Shown here: one piece after another, positions 39,516 through 50,020 of the stretch
Position numbering within the stretch: position 1 is the stretch's first letter
How the letters are laid out: each line of letters begins with the position of its first letter
Program-made: the position numbers and the translations under genes
Notes under the pieces: model-generated
Database searches by the model: none
What the model saw: the letters and a program-made list of their open reading frames with translations, nothing else
Told to the model about the DNA's origin: nothing
Virus record (IMG/VR): IMGVR_UViG_3300036770_001537
From: a virus
Reading direction: 5' to 3' (one strand)
DNA length: 64,000 nucleotides

Positions 39516-40373
39516 TTATTTTGTAATACAGTTGAAAAACAGAATTTCAAGATTAATGTCTTGTGATACTGCATTACTTCCGACTAGAGTGTTTGGCCCA
39601 TCAACGATTTCTACAACCGTTCCTCTTGGTAACAGAAACTCCATATCTTCAGAGTTGGCAGAGAAGTCTGAAATATACATGCCTCTAGAATTTTTTCTGA
39701 TATTCAACTGTAGAATGGCTGCCATATTTCTACCAGCAGGACTTTTCTGTTTATTTTCGGATGAGTTTAATGCAGTATTTAAACTTAATGTTGTGTTTCT
39801 GTATGACTTGAATACAAATGATCGGCCAACAACAAAATCTTCTATGTTATAGTCTGGGCCTAATTTTACGAACACTGGAAAATCGAATGGTGCTCTGATC
39901 TTCTTGATTGCAGAATCTAGGCTTTCTACAACATTTGATATCGTATCTTCGGGAGATGTTACTTCAATTTTCTTGGCTGGAACATTAGGTGGCATCATAG
40001 ACAATCTATTATTGATGTCATAATAACCACCGTTGGTAAATGTATAGATAGCATTCAATTCATCATCGTCATATCTATCTGGTGTATATGCTGCGACCAA
40101 CTCTTGATGATATTGCTGAATGACGGGATCAACCAAAGACGAATATGCTCCAATATCATCCATATTATTTGCTTTGAATGTATTGGTTTTGACTGCTCTA
40201 TTAAAAGGAACTAACTTATCATTGACATTGATATGCGTGACTTGTTGTGTCTTTGGGTCTTCATACCGACCAAAGCCAACATAGTTTAGTCCAAGATTAG
40301 CAGCATCATATGCAGCATATGATGGTTCTTCGGTCTTTAATTGGTTTAAGTCTTCTTTGATGATCTTCTTCAT
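39516..40373 (-). CDS. ADP-ribosyltransferase-fold protein (VIP2/Alt-like)
   Basis: AIYTFTNGGYYDINNRL, LDSAI, ILQLNI...GMYIS...EDMEFLLPRGT. Confidence 0.75.
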   Translation of the reverse strand: MKKIIKEDLNQLKTEEPSYAAYDAANLGLNYVGFGRYEDPKTQQVTHINVNDKLVPFNRAVKTNTFKANNMDDIGAYSSLVDPVIQQYHQELVAAYTPDRYDDDELNAIYTFTNGGYYDINNRLSMMPPNVPAKKIEVTSPEDTISNVVESLDSAIKKIRAPFDFPVFVKLGPDYNIEDFVVGRSFVFKSYRNTTLSLNTALNSSENKQKSPAGRNMAAILQLNIRKNSRGMYISDFSANSEDMEFLLPRGTVVEIVDGPNTLVGSNAVSQDINLEILFFNCITK

Positions 40374-42022
40374 TGTAAAAATTCCAGTTCGTTGGCTTGT
40401 GTTTCAAACTTAGATGGTAATGGTGGCAGAATTGGTTGTCCGTCTGGTCCAATAGGATTACCGTCTGGTCCAATTGGCAATGGTTTGCCGTCTGGTCCCA
40501 ATCCTTGTGCAGCCAATTGTGCTTGTTGCTCTTGCTGTTGCTGAGCCTGAATTTCAGCCTCTTGCTGCATTTGAATATTGATTTCTTCAATCTCATCATC
40601 TGTTTGATACAGAACATTTCTTCTAACCCATTCTAATGAATAGTATTTTCCTACATATGGATCAATCATCTGTAGAGTTTGAAGTCTTGTTCCAAGAAGT
40701 TCAGATTCTTTAAGTTCAGTAAAGTTATTGTCTTTCTTGAAGTCATACCAAACTTTTTCTTTGAACTCTTTCCATTCTTCTTCAGTACAAACTCTTTTTA
40801 GAACAAGTTGGACTCTCATCAAATCGTCAAATAGTGTAGAGAATTTATTCCTTAGCCTTTGAACGAACTTTGTAAATTTCAATTCATCTCTGGTGATCTC
40901 TGTTGTTCTGCCGAGAGAAAATCCTTGCTGTGCTTCCAATCTTGAGATTGGAACGCCGAGTGATTTGTATAACTTCTTTTCAAAATACTGAACGTCTTCC
41001 ATCTGGCCTAAATTTTGCCCACCGGGAAGTGTTGTGATTTCTGTTCCTTTGCTACCTTCACGTCTTGGTAGCCAAAAATCTTCAAGCATAGAAAGATGTT
41101 TTCTATCATCTTTAATTTCACCAGTGCTAGAATCATATACAAGTTTGTTTCTATACTTGACCATGATATCACGAAGATATTGTTCTGCTTTGATCGTTGG
41201 CATGTTACCAACATCAACATAGAATATTCTGCGTTCTGGTGCTCTTGATAATCTGTAAATTACTGTAGCATCTTCAATCATTCTCAACTGATTGAGTGGC
41301 TTGATTGCTTTATGTAGATATGAGAGAACCATTGCTCTCTTAGAATCCATCAAACCAGAATTGACATTTACGATAGCATCTGTTGAAATTTTGGTGCCTA
41401 GGTTAGAATGTGCACCGATTACACCTCTTTCATTATAAAGATAGTATTCATTCTGCTTTTTGATGATTTCCATGCCCGTTTTTGGGTCTTTGGTCTTTTG
41501 AATCTCACGAATCTTTCGGATTCTTCGTGGATCAATATATCTAATTTCTTGAATGCCTTTGGCTGGTGATGATTCATCAATGACAACATGATAGAACATT
41601 CTACCATCAATATACCATCTTCTGAAAATATCATGTCCCATGTTACCAAAGTTCAAGAGTTTCTGAACATACTCAAATTCGTCACGCATCTTTTTCTTGA
41701 TTGCGTCGGAGATTTCTAGATCATCAACATTGATTTCTACCGAGTGTCCTGAGTCTTCAATTACAACTGCTTCATTGACAATTTCATCAATAGCAGTTTC
41801 TAATTCTGGCTGCATAGACATTTCACGATATCTGGTGATCAGTTCAATTTCATTACGAACAACACCATCAAGATCAACATATGTGCCATAATACGACCCA
41901 GATTGAATGGTGACTGCACCATCATCATTCTGAGGCAAGGCAAATGTTTTATTTTGCTCATCCTGATTATGCTGTTTATTTGGTTTTCGGGATATCTCGA
42001 ACCCGAATAATGTCACGGCCAT
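40370..42022 (-). CDS. gp20: Portal protein
   Basis: FRRWYIDGR, YRLSRAPERRIFYVDVGN, EDFWLPRREG. Confidence 0.98.
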   Translation of the reverse strand: MAVTLFGFEISRKPNKQHNQDEQNKTFALPQNDDGAVTIQSGSYYGTYVDLDGVVRNEIELITRYREMSMQPELETAIDEIVNEAVVIEDSGHSVEINVDDLEISDAIKKKMRDEFEYVQKLLNFGNMGHDIFRRWYIDGRMFYHVVIDESSPAKGIQEIRYIDPRRIRKIREIQKTKDPKTGMEIIKKQNEYYLYNERGVIGAHSNLGTKISTDAIVNVNSGLMDSKRAMVLSYLHKAIKPLNQLRMIEDATVIYRLSRAPERRIFYVDVGNMPTIKAEQYLRDIMVKYRNKLVYDSSTGEIKDDRKHLSMLEDFWLPRREGSKGTEITTLPGGQNLGQMEDVQYFEKKLYKSLGVPISRLEAQQGFSLGRTTEITRDELKFTKFVQRLRNKFSTLFDDLMRVQLVLKRVCTEEEWKEFKEKVWYDFKKDNNFTELKESELLGTRLQTLQMIDPYVGKYYSLEWVRRNVLYQTDDEIEEINIQMQQEAEIQAQQQQEQQAQLAAQGLGPDGKPLPIGPDGNPIGPDGQPILPPLPSKFETQANELEFLQ

Positions 42023-42038
42023 TAAATATTTCTCCTTG

Positions 42039-42070
42039 AAAATGTAGGGTGGATTTCTCCACCCTACTTT
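42039..42070 (-). terminator. Hairpin/terminator after gp19
   Basis: GTAGGGTGGA/TCCACCCTAC stem. Confidence 0.65.
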
Positions 42071-42075
42071 ATATA

Positions 42076-42672
42076 TTAGTCTATTCTAGCCACTACTGTT
42101 GTGCCTGTGGTGGCTGTGTTACTAGAGGCACTATCTGTTGTATCAGATTCCCACCATTGATATGCTAGTGTGACAGCATATTCTTCAATGGCATCATTAG
42201 CACCCCAATCAAGTTCAATTGGGGATATATCTATTGGAAACATTCCTACGAATCTATATGCTTTGATAGGGTCTCCAGTTTTACCAAACTGTGTAACAGT
42301 TGCTGGTCTCTGATAGCTTCTTGGATTTTCAAAATTTGCATTTCTTAAATTTCCGGCATGGGAATTTAATCCATTTAACCATATTTCAAATGCTTTACGG
42401 ACAATAAAATCTTCATCATTGATAATTGTGATTGTCCATTCAGGAAAAGTTCTATTGCCAGAAAATTTCAACTCCCTACCAAAATAAAACTGAGAGATTT
42501 GATTTACAGTAGAGCCTGGAAGCTGTGCTGCTCTTGCCATAAATGTTAGTTTGCGGCCAGCACCATCTGGTACACTAACACCAGTTGGGAATGTGAGCGT
42601 GCATTCAAATAGATTGGGTCTTGCCCCATCGTACAACATTTGTGATCTAAATTGATTTATATTAAATGCCAT
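42076..42672 (-). CDS. gp19: Tail tube protein
   Basis: GARPNLF, AAQLPGS, GNRTFPEWTITIINDEDF, YQWW. Confidence 0.96.
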   Translation of the reverse strand: MAFNINQFRSQMLYDGARPNLFECTLTFPTGVSVPDGAGRKLTFMARAAQLPGSTVNQISQFYFGRELKFSGNRTFPEWTITIINDEDFIVRKAFEIWLNGLNSHAGNLRNANFENPRSYQRPATVTQFGKTGDPIKAYRFVGMFPIDISPIELDWGANDAIEEYAVTLAYQWWESDTTDSASSNTATTGTTVVARID

Positions 42673-42715
42673 TTTTTAACTACTCCTTATTTTTATATTT
42701 TATTTATATTAAGAA

Positions 42716-44425
42716 TTAAAATCTACCGACAACTTCTTCGAACGCAACACCAGTACGCACTGCTACGAAGTTCAACTGGATAAAGTTGATTGATCTTGCT
42801 GGTTTGATGTAGATATCGCCAACAAATTCATTACGGTCGATAACTTCAGGAGTATTATTTGTAGTATCGCATACTACACGGAAATCGAAGATACCTCTAC
42901 GACCCTGAACATCTCGTAGGAATGGTTCAACTAGTGCTACGAACTGTGCTCTTGTAAATTCATCGTTGAACTCAAAGAGTGAGTATCTTGCAGCACGAGC
43001 AATTGCCTTTTCAAGAACAATGAACAATCTGCGGACGTTAATTCTGTCAAATGCAGATGGTTTTGCAAGCATTGTTTTGTCACCAAATAGAACAACACCT
43101 TCACCTGGGAAAGATAGAACAGGATTGATGCCATTCTTATACATATCGTCTCTATTTGCTTTAGTTGGATTCCAAGCAAGTTTGACGACATTTTTGATTT
43201 GACCACGATTGAAACCTGCTGGTGAGAACCAAGGATCACGCTCAAAATCTGTTCTTACACATAGACCGGCAATATCACCATTGAGAGGAACCCAACGATA
43301 TACATTGTTATATTTGTCAAACTGATATTTCCAGTTTCCGTCCATAACTGCGTATGAAGATGAATTGTATAGATTTCTTTTATCAATCATATCTGTCACT
43401 TCGTCTCCGGCATTATTAACAACATCGTTATAATCTGGAGAAACGAATACAACACAGTCTTTTCTAACTTCAGCAACATTATCTACGACATATTCAGATA
43501 CAGTTTGAGAATGTGCACCAGTTAGAATAAGAGATACGTCAACTTCTTCTGCATTGACAAATTTGTCGTATGCTAGGGTAATATCACCATCAGTTGGATT
43601 TTGCACAGTGCCATCTGAAAGTGAAGATGTGTATGATGTGCTGTCCTCTTCAAATTCTGTTCCAGATGCAGGAAGGCCCCAAGTTGCAGTTTCTTCTGTA
43701 GCATCTGCTTCATTGAGTGCATGATTTAGAATATAGATGTATCTTGAACGATCATTAATTACGTTAACATAATAATTTGAAGACCCATCATCATTTACAG
43801 AATCTGATGCCTTAGATACATATTGAAATTTTTCTAATACAGAATTAGCAAGGCCCGTAAATCTACCACCTTCATCAAGGACGATTATATGCATTTCGTC
43901 ATTTGCACCACCTACATTTGATACATATGTGGATGTTCCGGTAGGACCGTCAAACTGTTCAGCATATTCCCATCCAGCATATGCTGTAGAATTTGCTGAT
44001 GCCCAGAGAGAAACTTTAAGTGAGTTTCCTAATGTGCCAGGATATCTTGCAGCAAACATACCTAATGAATTTGCAGCAGCAGGAATACCTAAGTAATTGA
44101 TTTCATAATCATTTCTATTCTTGATAAGAATACCAGAACCATTTGATGTTGCATTACGTGAACCTGTATTTGATGCACGAACGACTCTCAAATTTCTAGC
44201 ATAAGAGAGGAAGTTTGCACAGGTGAAGAATGATCTAAAAGTGTTTGCATCTGGTCTGCCAAAAGTATTGACAAGTTCAACTTCGTTAGAAATGTTCACA
44301 ATCGTGTCCATTGGACCCCATACGAAATTACCAGCATAAGCACCTTCAGTAGTACCAACGGCAGGTACGATTGTTGTCAAGTCAATTTCAGAAACATTGA
44401 CTCCAGGTGAAAGAAAAAATGCCAT
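42716..44425 (-). CDS. gp18: Tail sheath protein
   Basis: SPGVNVSEIDLT, PWFSPAG, FDRINVRRLF, KPARSINFI. Confidence 0.98.
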   Translation of the reverse strand: MAFFLSPGVNVSEIDLTTIVPAVGTTEGAYAGNFVWGPMDTIVNISNEVELVNTFGRPDANTFRSFFTCANFLSYARNLRVVRASNTGSRNATSNGSGILIKNRNDYEINYLGIPAAANSLGMFAARYPGTLGNSLKVSLWASANSTAYAGWEYAEQFDGPTGTSTYVSNVGGANDEMHIIVLDEGGRFTGLANSVLEKFQYVSKASDSVNDDGSSNYYVNVINDRSRYIYILNHALNEADATEETATWGLPASGTEFEEDSTSYTSSLSDGTVQNPTDGDITLAYDKFVNAEEVDVSLILTGAHSQTVSEYVVDNVAEVRKDCVVFVSPDYNDVVNNAGDEVTDMIDKRNLYNSSSYAVMDGNWKYQFDKYNNVYRWVPLNGDIAGLCVRTDFERDPWFSPAGFNRGQIKNVVKLAWNPTKANRDDMYKNGINPVLSFPGEGVVLFGDKTMLAKPSAFDRINVRRLFIVLEKAIARAARYSLFEFNDEFTRAQFVALVEPFLRDVQGRRGIFDFRVVCDTTNNTPEVIDRNEFVGDIYIKPARSINFIQLNFVAVRTGVAFEEVVGRF

Positions 44426-44495
44426 CTTTTTATACTCCTTTTTGGAAGGGTTGTTTATTATTGTCTTATATTATTTAGAAAAATGACGTTTTTCA

Positions 44496-44548
44496 CTTGA
44501 CAACCTTGACAAGCACTATATAATGGCTATGTCAGCCCTTCAATGAAT
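44496..44548 (+). repeat. 53-bp exact repeat, copy 2
   Basis: Identical to 26140-26192; abuts the gp17 stop codon. Confidence 0.95.
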
Positions 44549-47202
44549 TATAGTTTATATCTATTACTTAACACTTCCCAATCAGTGTTATCAAATACGA
44601 ATCTATTGCCTTTACTGACTATCCACTTCTCCTTTGCATCTGCTTCAGGATCATCAAACTCATCAACTCCATTATCAATGATGCCAAATGGAACTAAGTC
44701 TTGATCCATGATATTCATCTGTTCTTGTTGCAATGCACTTCTAATATCATTATTAATATTTTCCTTAAAGTATCTTTGACCTGTTAACCAACCAAAGTGT
44801 ACCAGTGTCATTGCCAAATCATCATTATTACCTTCTTCTGCTTTGAATGTTTGTTTATCAGCAGAGAATGTCATTAGTTCTTGAATAGTATCATAGTCAT
44901 TGATAATTAACTTATCAGATTCAATCAATGTCTTTATATTAGCACAACCAATCATCTTGGTTTGTTTATTGGTCTTGAGACCATATGCAATCTTCTTTTT
45001 GAATCCGGGAGTATGTTGTTGACCATGCTTACCTTTTGTTTCAATCTTGATTAGATTATCATATGCTAGTTCATGATGAAGAATATCGGATACCTGTAAT
45101 CCAATAGAATTTATTTCTACAAGAACAAATGCATCATTATACATTTTTGCTGCTTGAAGAATTACAGTTGGAAACAATAATGGTGTTATCTTATTATTCT
45201 TATATTTCGCAACTTGTCTGTATGGAAACTCTGTAACATCTATAATTGAAAATGTTGAATAGTCTTGGTTTAGACCTTCTGCAACATCAACGGTCATTGT
45301 GTATGTATGATTAGGAATAGGTTCTTTGTAAATATGTAAACAATCATTCATATCTTTACGAATAGGTTCATGCCATACAAGTGAACGAAGTTTGACTGGA
45401 TGTATTAGTGTGTTCGTTGAACCAATAAATTCACATTCAAATTCTTGACGGAATTGATCTGGTGATGTGTTACGAATGGTTGTTTCTTTCCACTTCTCAT
45501 CACGACCAGGAACCATAGACCAGTGAATTTCAATTGGTTTATAAAGACTTTTTTCTTCGACTGCTTCAGTCCACATTTTATAGAATAGATTCATACCATT
45601 TGGAGTAGACACTATGATAACTTTGGTTGTGTTACCAGATGAAATGGTTGGGTATGTTGACATAAAGAATGCTTCGGCAATGTTATTGGGAACGAATGCA
45701 AACTCGTCAAGGAATATCATATTGAAAGCACGACCACGTACAGAAGAACCTGAAGTTGAGTCTGCTAATGCTTTTGATCCATTAGCCAATTCTATTGAAC
45801 CTTTATTCCACTCAATAACACCCTGCTTAAGAAAGAACGGTAGATATTCAAAAGCAAGTTGAAGTCTACTCATAATTTCACGGGCAGTAGAAGATTTGTT
45901 GGCAAGTATAGCAACATTTACATTTTCATTGAATAGAATATAGTGTAGTATATACGCGACAGATGTTGTAGTATTGTGTGTAGGAATTAGATTTTTTCCA
46001 ATTAGAAATAAGTGACTCTCATTGTCAACTTGTATACATTTTGTTGGAATGGATTCTGTCTCTACAATTTTTTTGATATATAGTCTTTTGTTTTTTTCTT
46101 TATAATTATGAGTGGATTGTCTGGATAATTTACGTGGTAATCTAAAGCAGTTGAATAAGTCTGTGGCAAATCTAACTATAAAATATAAATTCCCTTTTAC
46201 AGACTTAGGTCTTTTACGAGTTTTTACACCCAAAGACCTAAGAATAAAGATGAAGTCGTCAACAATGTTTTCATCTTTTTGACAGAACTCCATTTTTCCA
46301 CTGTTTGTGATGTAACCATCAGTGTCCATTAATCCTTGAATAATTTCTATTCTTTGATGTCTTGCCGAAAACTTGTAAATGTCTGGTATATGTTTATTAC
46401 CTTTTAGGCCATTTTCACGCAGACTTTTATGTAAGCCTTCAATATTGAAGTTGCCAACATTTACATTTTCTTTATATGGCCTAAAATTTGATATATTTGG
46501 TATGTTTGATTTATAGTGCTGATAATCGTCAATATGGCAAGTAATTCTACCATCACTTTTGTTGCCATCACCTAACCAGACACCCAAAACATATGGATCG
46601 ATTGGCAACTGTTTTTCTGGAAAATCTAAACACTCATTTAACTTAACATATAGGCCACTACTATTTTCTTTTTTTTCTGATAGTGTTTTGATTAGGTCGG
46701 GCATACCTAAAGTTTTAGACTTGTGTTTCCAATCGGAAGAGCAAACTTCCCATAGATGATCTTCATCACAAGTTATTGTTGTTCCATCATCAAATTGAAC
46801 ATCGTAACACTTTAGATTTTTTATTGGCGTTACTAGTTTTACTGTTGTCAATTTTCCGTCTGGACCATATATCTTATCGCCAACAGAAAGATTTCCAAAC
46901 TTGACAAATCCAGTATCAGTAAGGATATCTTCATTAATATCAATACCTTTACCAACCTGACGAGGTAATTTACAAATAGAGAATCTGTTATTATGGAATG
47001 TGTTAAGCATATCCTGTTGAAAGTCCCACATATCAAAGTGCATGAGACCTTTATCCACGTTAACAATCATCATATAATTGACAGCAAAATATACGGGATC
47101 ATTAGCACATTTTATGAACTCATCAACTTCATGCTGAGTAAAATTGTGCTGATAATCGTGTCTGGGAAGATTTGGATTGTTTTGATACCCAAAATTAGCC
47201 AT
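44548..47202 (-). CDS. gp17: Terminase large subunit containing an intein
   Basis: PRQVGK|TTT Walker A split by the intein; IFLDEFAF, STPNG, DVAEG, DDLAM. Confidence 0.97.
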   Translation of the reverse strand: MANFGYQNNPNLPRHDYQHNFTQHEVDEFIKCANDPVYFAVNYMMIVNVDKGLMHFDMWDFQQDMLNTFHNNRFSICKLPRQVGKGIDINEDILTDTGFVKFGNLSVGDKIYGPDGKLTTVKLVTPIKNLKCYDVQFDDGTTITCDEDHLWEVCSSDWKHKSKTLGMPDLIKTLSEKKENSSGLYVKLNECLDFPEKQLPIDPYVLGVWLGDGNKSDGRITCHIDDYQHYKSNIPNISNFRPYKENVNVGNFNIEGLHKSLRENGLKGNKHIPDIYKFSARHQRIEIIQGLMDTDGYITNSGKMEFCQKDENIVDDFIFILRSLGVKTRKRPKSVKGNLYFIVRFATDLFNCFRLPRKLSRQSTHNYKEKNKRLYIKKIVETESIPTKCIQVDNESHLFLIGKNLIPTHNTTTSVAYILHYILFNENVNVAILANKSSTAREIMSRLQLAFEYLPFFLKQGVIEWNKGSIELANGSKALADSTSGSSVRGRAFNMIFLDEFAFVPNNIAEAFFMSTYPTISSGNTTKVIIVSTPNGMNLFYKMWTEAVEEKSLYKPIEIHWSMVPGRDEKWKETTIRNTSPDQFRQEFECEFIGSTNTLIHPVKLRSLVWHEPIRKDMNDCLHIYKEPIPNHTYTMTVDVAEGLNQDYSTFSIIDVTEFPYRQVAKYKNNKITPLLFPTVILQAAKMYNDAFVLVEINSIGLQVSDILHHELAYDNLIKIETKGKHGQQHTPGFKKKIAYGLKTNKQTKMIGCANIKTLIESDKLIINDYDTIQELMTFSADKQTFKAEEGNNDDLAMTLVHFGWLTGQRYFKENINNDIRSALQQEQMNIMDQDLVPFGIIDNGVDEFDDPEADAKEKWIVSKGNRFVFDNTDWEVLSNRYKL
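45973..46947 (-). mobile_element. 325-aa LAGLIDADG intein with class 3 (WCT) signature, Gly at position 1
   Basis: GIDINEDILT...CDEDHLW...LGVWLGDG...GLMDTDG...KCIQVD...IPTHN|T. Confidence 0.9.
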
Positions 47203-47219
47203 TAATTTTGTTATTTACC

Positions 47220-49274
47220 TTATAGATTATTTGCCACGACTCTATTTGTAGCCGCTGGAGAATTTTCCAAAACAGTATATGTTATAGGAGTTCCATTTGA
47301 AGCTAGACCGGCATTGCCTACAGCAACCAATGTTTGCATTCCACCACATACACTAAATCCTACTGATGGAGATGAAGAAACTCCATATAACATATTATTA
47401 GTAATATATGCAGTATTTGCTAGTCCGGCTGAATTACCAATTTGCACACCTCTTACAACATCCTTAAAGATATTTCCATTAATATTAATAGTTCTACCTT
47501 CGCTATAGATAGAATATGTGCCTTTGTTATTCGCTATCATATTATTGGTTATCATCACATCTAACGATGTTATATCATTTGTGGTTTTATTATTATCAAT
47601 ATACATAGAATAGTTTGTTTGATTTTGTAAAGAATTGTTTTGTATTTTACAGAACCCGTTACTGCCAACAACTGAAATTCCTAATTCGCCTCCAATTAAT
47701 CTATTATCTATAATATTTGCATCTTCACAATATGATATTTCTATATGTTTTTCTATAGAATCGCAATTATGAATATAATTACCTCTAATCTCAACGGGTC
47801 TAGCATATACTGATCCTACATATCCAGATTTTGAACCATCAACTGCTATACCCACATTTGCATTATTTAAATTAGATATTATATTGTCACATACTATAAT
47901 AGACCCTTCTGCATAATCTGTAGTCCCGCTTGGATATATGGCACCATTAATGGATATTGCCGCTAGTACATCATTTTCACTATATCCTCTATACACATAT
48001 GATTTACCATCTATGATATTCTCAGAAATTATTAAATTTTTTCCGTGTTGTTTATTTTTAATTGCTACCCATTTAGAATTTTTTATAATATTACCAGTAA
48101 TAATGGAATTATCTGTCCACATATAAAGATCGATGGCTCCAATACCTTGTGTTACACCACATCCTCTATATTCAAATCTATTATTTAATACTTGAACTTG
48201 TGCTGGATATACTGTATTGGTTTGGGATGCTAAACTTGCAATAGCATATCTACCATTAGATGTTGCGGAGGGTGGATATGTGTTTGTAAAATCATTATTT
48301 TCTATACATGCGTCTAATTGATTTCCTATGAGAATATCGCCAGCACTATAATCATTAGATGAATATTCGAAACTATCTCTTCCATCAACAAATTTAGACT
48401 TTGTTACAAATAATATTTCTTTAGTATTAGATACATTTGATGTTGCGTTAGAATTATAATATATTGCATGATGTCCAGAATTTACAAAAAGACAATTATC
48501 TACTATAATATGTGCTGCATTACTGTTTGAGACACCTGTTGCTGTGATATATATAGAATCAAGTTGCGTATTGGCAACTTGATTCTGTTCGTTGCCATCA
48601 AAACCAATATTATCGAATTTGACTTTTGTTGCAGTACCAGTAATATTAATCAATTTATTGGATATTGCAAGATTATCTATAGCCTTGATTATTGATTTTT
48701 CTCTTGATGTTCCTAATATTTGCAGACTTCCATTAATATTTAATGAAGACACTAGGAATATTCCCGATGGAATATATAAATTTTTGTTGTTTGAAATAGC
48801 ATCATTTATTGCATTTTGTATAATAGTTGTGTTATTTGTTGAATTATCTCCAATAGCACCATAATCATCAATATTAATAATTCCAAAACCAGAATTTGCT
48901 TTATTGAATGCAGCAATTGAAATTACATTAGCACCAGCAATAGTAGCAGAAGCAAATGAATTAGCACCAGTTCCTACTGCTGTATTAGCACCTTCTATAA
49001 CTGATAATAGGTAACTATTAGCACCAGTTCCTACTGCTGTATTAGCACCTTCTATAACTGATAATAGGTAACTATTAGCACCAGCACCAGTATTATATGC
49101 TAACAAATTAGCAGCATTGGCTTTATCATATGCTGAGGAAGAAACTGCTGCAACATTATCACCATTAGCAAACAATTCACTAAAGTTACTATTTATTTTT
49201 GTGAAACTTGTTCTTAAAGGATCACCAGTGCCATCATTAGCAATTGTGCCTATGTTGATAATTTCTTTTGTCAT
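47220..49274 (-). CDS. Tailspike-like protein: baseplate-type N-terminus and parallel beta-helix
   Basis: INIGTIANDGTGDPLRTSFTKIN.NF; INIDDYGAIGD...LYIPSG; many NxI repeats. Confidence 0.8.
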   Translation of the reverse strand: MTKEIINIGTIANDGTGDPLRTSFTKINSNFSELFANGDNVAAVSSSAYDKANAANLLAYNTGAGANSYLLSVIEGANTAVGTGANSYLLSVIEGANTAVGTGANSFASATIAGANVISIAAFNKANSGFGIINIDDYGAIGDNSTNNTTIIQNAINDAISNNKNLYIPSGIFLVSSLNINGSLQILGTSREKSIIKAIDNLAISNKLINITGTATKVKFDNIGFDGNEQNQVANTQLDSIYITATGVSNSNAAHIIVDNCLFVNSGHHAIYYNSNATSNVSNTKEILFVTKSKFVDGRDSFEYSSNDYSAGDILIGNQLDACIENNDFTNTYPPSATSNGRYAIASLASQTNTVYPAQVQVLNNRFEYRGCGVTQGIGAIDLYMWTDNSIITGNIIKNSKWVAIKNKQHGKNLIISENIIDGKSYVYRGYSENDVLAAISINGAIYPSGTTDYAEGSIIVCDNIISNLNNANVGIAVDGSKSGYVGSVYARPVEIRGNYIHNCDSIEKHIEISYCEDANIIDNRLIGGELGISVVGSNGFCKIQNNSLQNQTNYSMYIDNNKTTNDITSLDVMITNNMIANNKGTYSIYSEGRTININGNIFKDVVRGVQIGNSAGLANTAYITNNMLYGVSSSPSVGFSVCGGMQTLVAVGNAGLASNGTPITYTVLENSPAATNRVVANNL

Positions 49275-49283
49275 TTTTTACCT

Positions 49284-49511
49284 TTATTTTTTACGTTCTA
49301 TAGTATTTAGTTTATTATAATACTTAGGGTCTTCACCGATATGAGCAAGGGCAATTCTACGAGCAACCTTTTCATTGGTAGAATGTTCTCCTTCTACCTT
49401 AATTCCCATTTCAAGCTGCTTTTTGATTTGTTTTACATCAACATTATGTTTCTTGGCTAATTCATCAACCGAAGATACTGGTTTGTTTAGAAACTCTTTG
49501 AATGATTTCAT
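49284..49511 (-). CDS. Small conserved protein (DUF5661-like)
   Basis: QLEMGIKVEGEH...IALAHIGEDPKYY. Confidence 0.7.
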   Translation of the reverse strand: MKSFKEFLNKPVSSVDELAKKHNVDVKQIKKQLEMGIKVEGEHSTNEKVARRIALAHIGEDPKYYNKLNTIERKK

Positions 49512-50020
49512 TAATCTTCCTTTTTCACATCAAAATTTCCAAATATTTTTAGATGAGGATGGTCCAATATCATTCTTTTCTCATCATTACTAATTTCTCT
49601 ATGCGGTGTTATTACCGTAGGTTTATGGGATTCATTACTTGGTGGCTTATGAATTGTGGCAGGAATAGCATCTTCAGGTATAGAATGCTCGGGTTTCTGG
49701 TCGTTAATCAATTTTCTTATTCCACCATGAGATATTTTTTCGCCCTTGAATACGACAACTCCGTTTGGATGAATCCATGCAGAATGTCTTGTTATTTCAC
49801 CTCTCTTAGATTTCAAATTTTCTATGTTTTCAGTATCTTCTTCATTACCTACCTCAACTTTTCCACTTTTTTTCACTTCAGTTGGTTTGGGATTATGAAC
49901 ATAACTTACTTCTGTCCCGTTTGGTCTTACTACGGCATGTGTACCAGAACCTGATTTAACTTTCATATATTTTGGTGGGCCTTTACCTGCTTCTTCTAAG
50001 TATTGCTTGAATGTTTTCAT
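49511..50020 (-). CDS. Hypothetical protein, candidate internal head protein
   Basis: [11 protein letters not shown]-terminus. Confidence 0.6.
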   Translation of the reverse strand: MKTFKQYLEEAGKGPPKYMKVKSGSGTHAVVRPNGTEVSYVHNPKPTEVKKSGKVEVGNEEDTENIENLKSKRGEITRHSAWIHPNGVVVFKGEKISHGGIRKLINDQKPEHSIPEDAIPATIHKPPSNESHKPTVITPHREISNDEKRMILDHPHLKIFGNFDVKKED

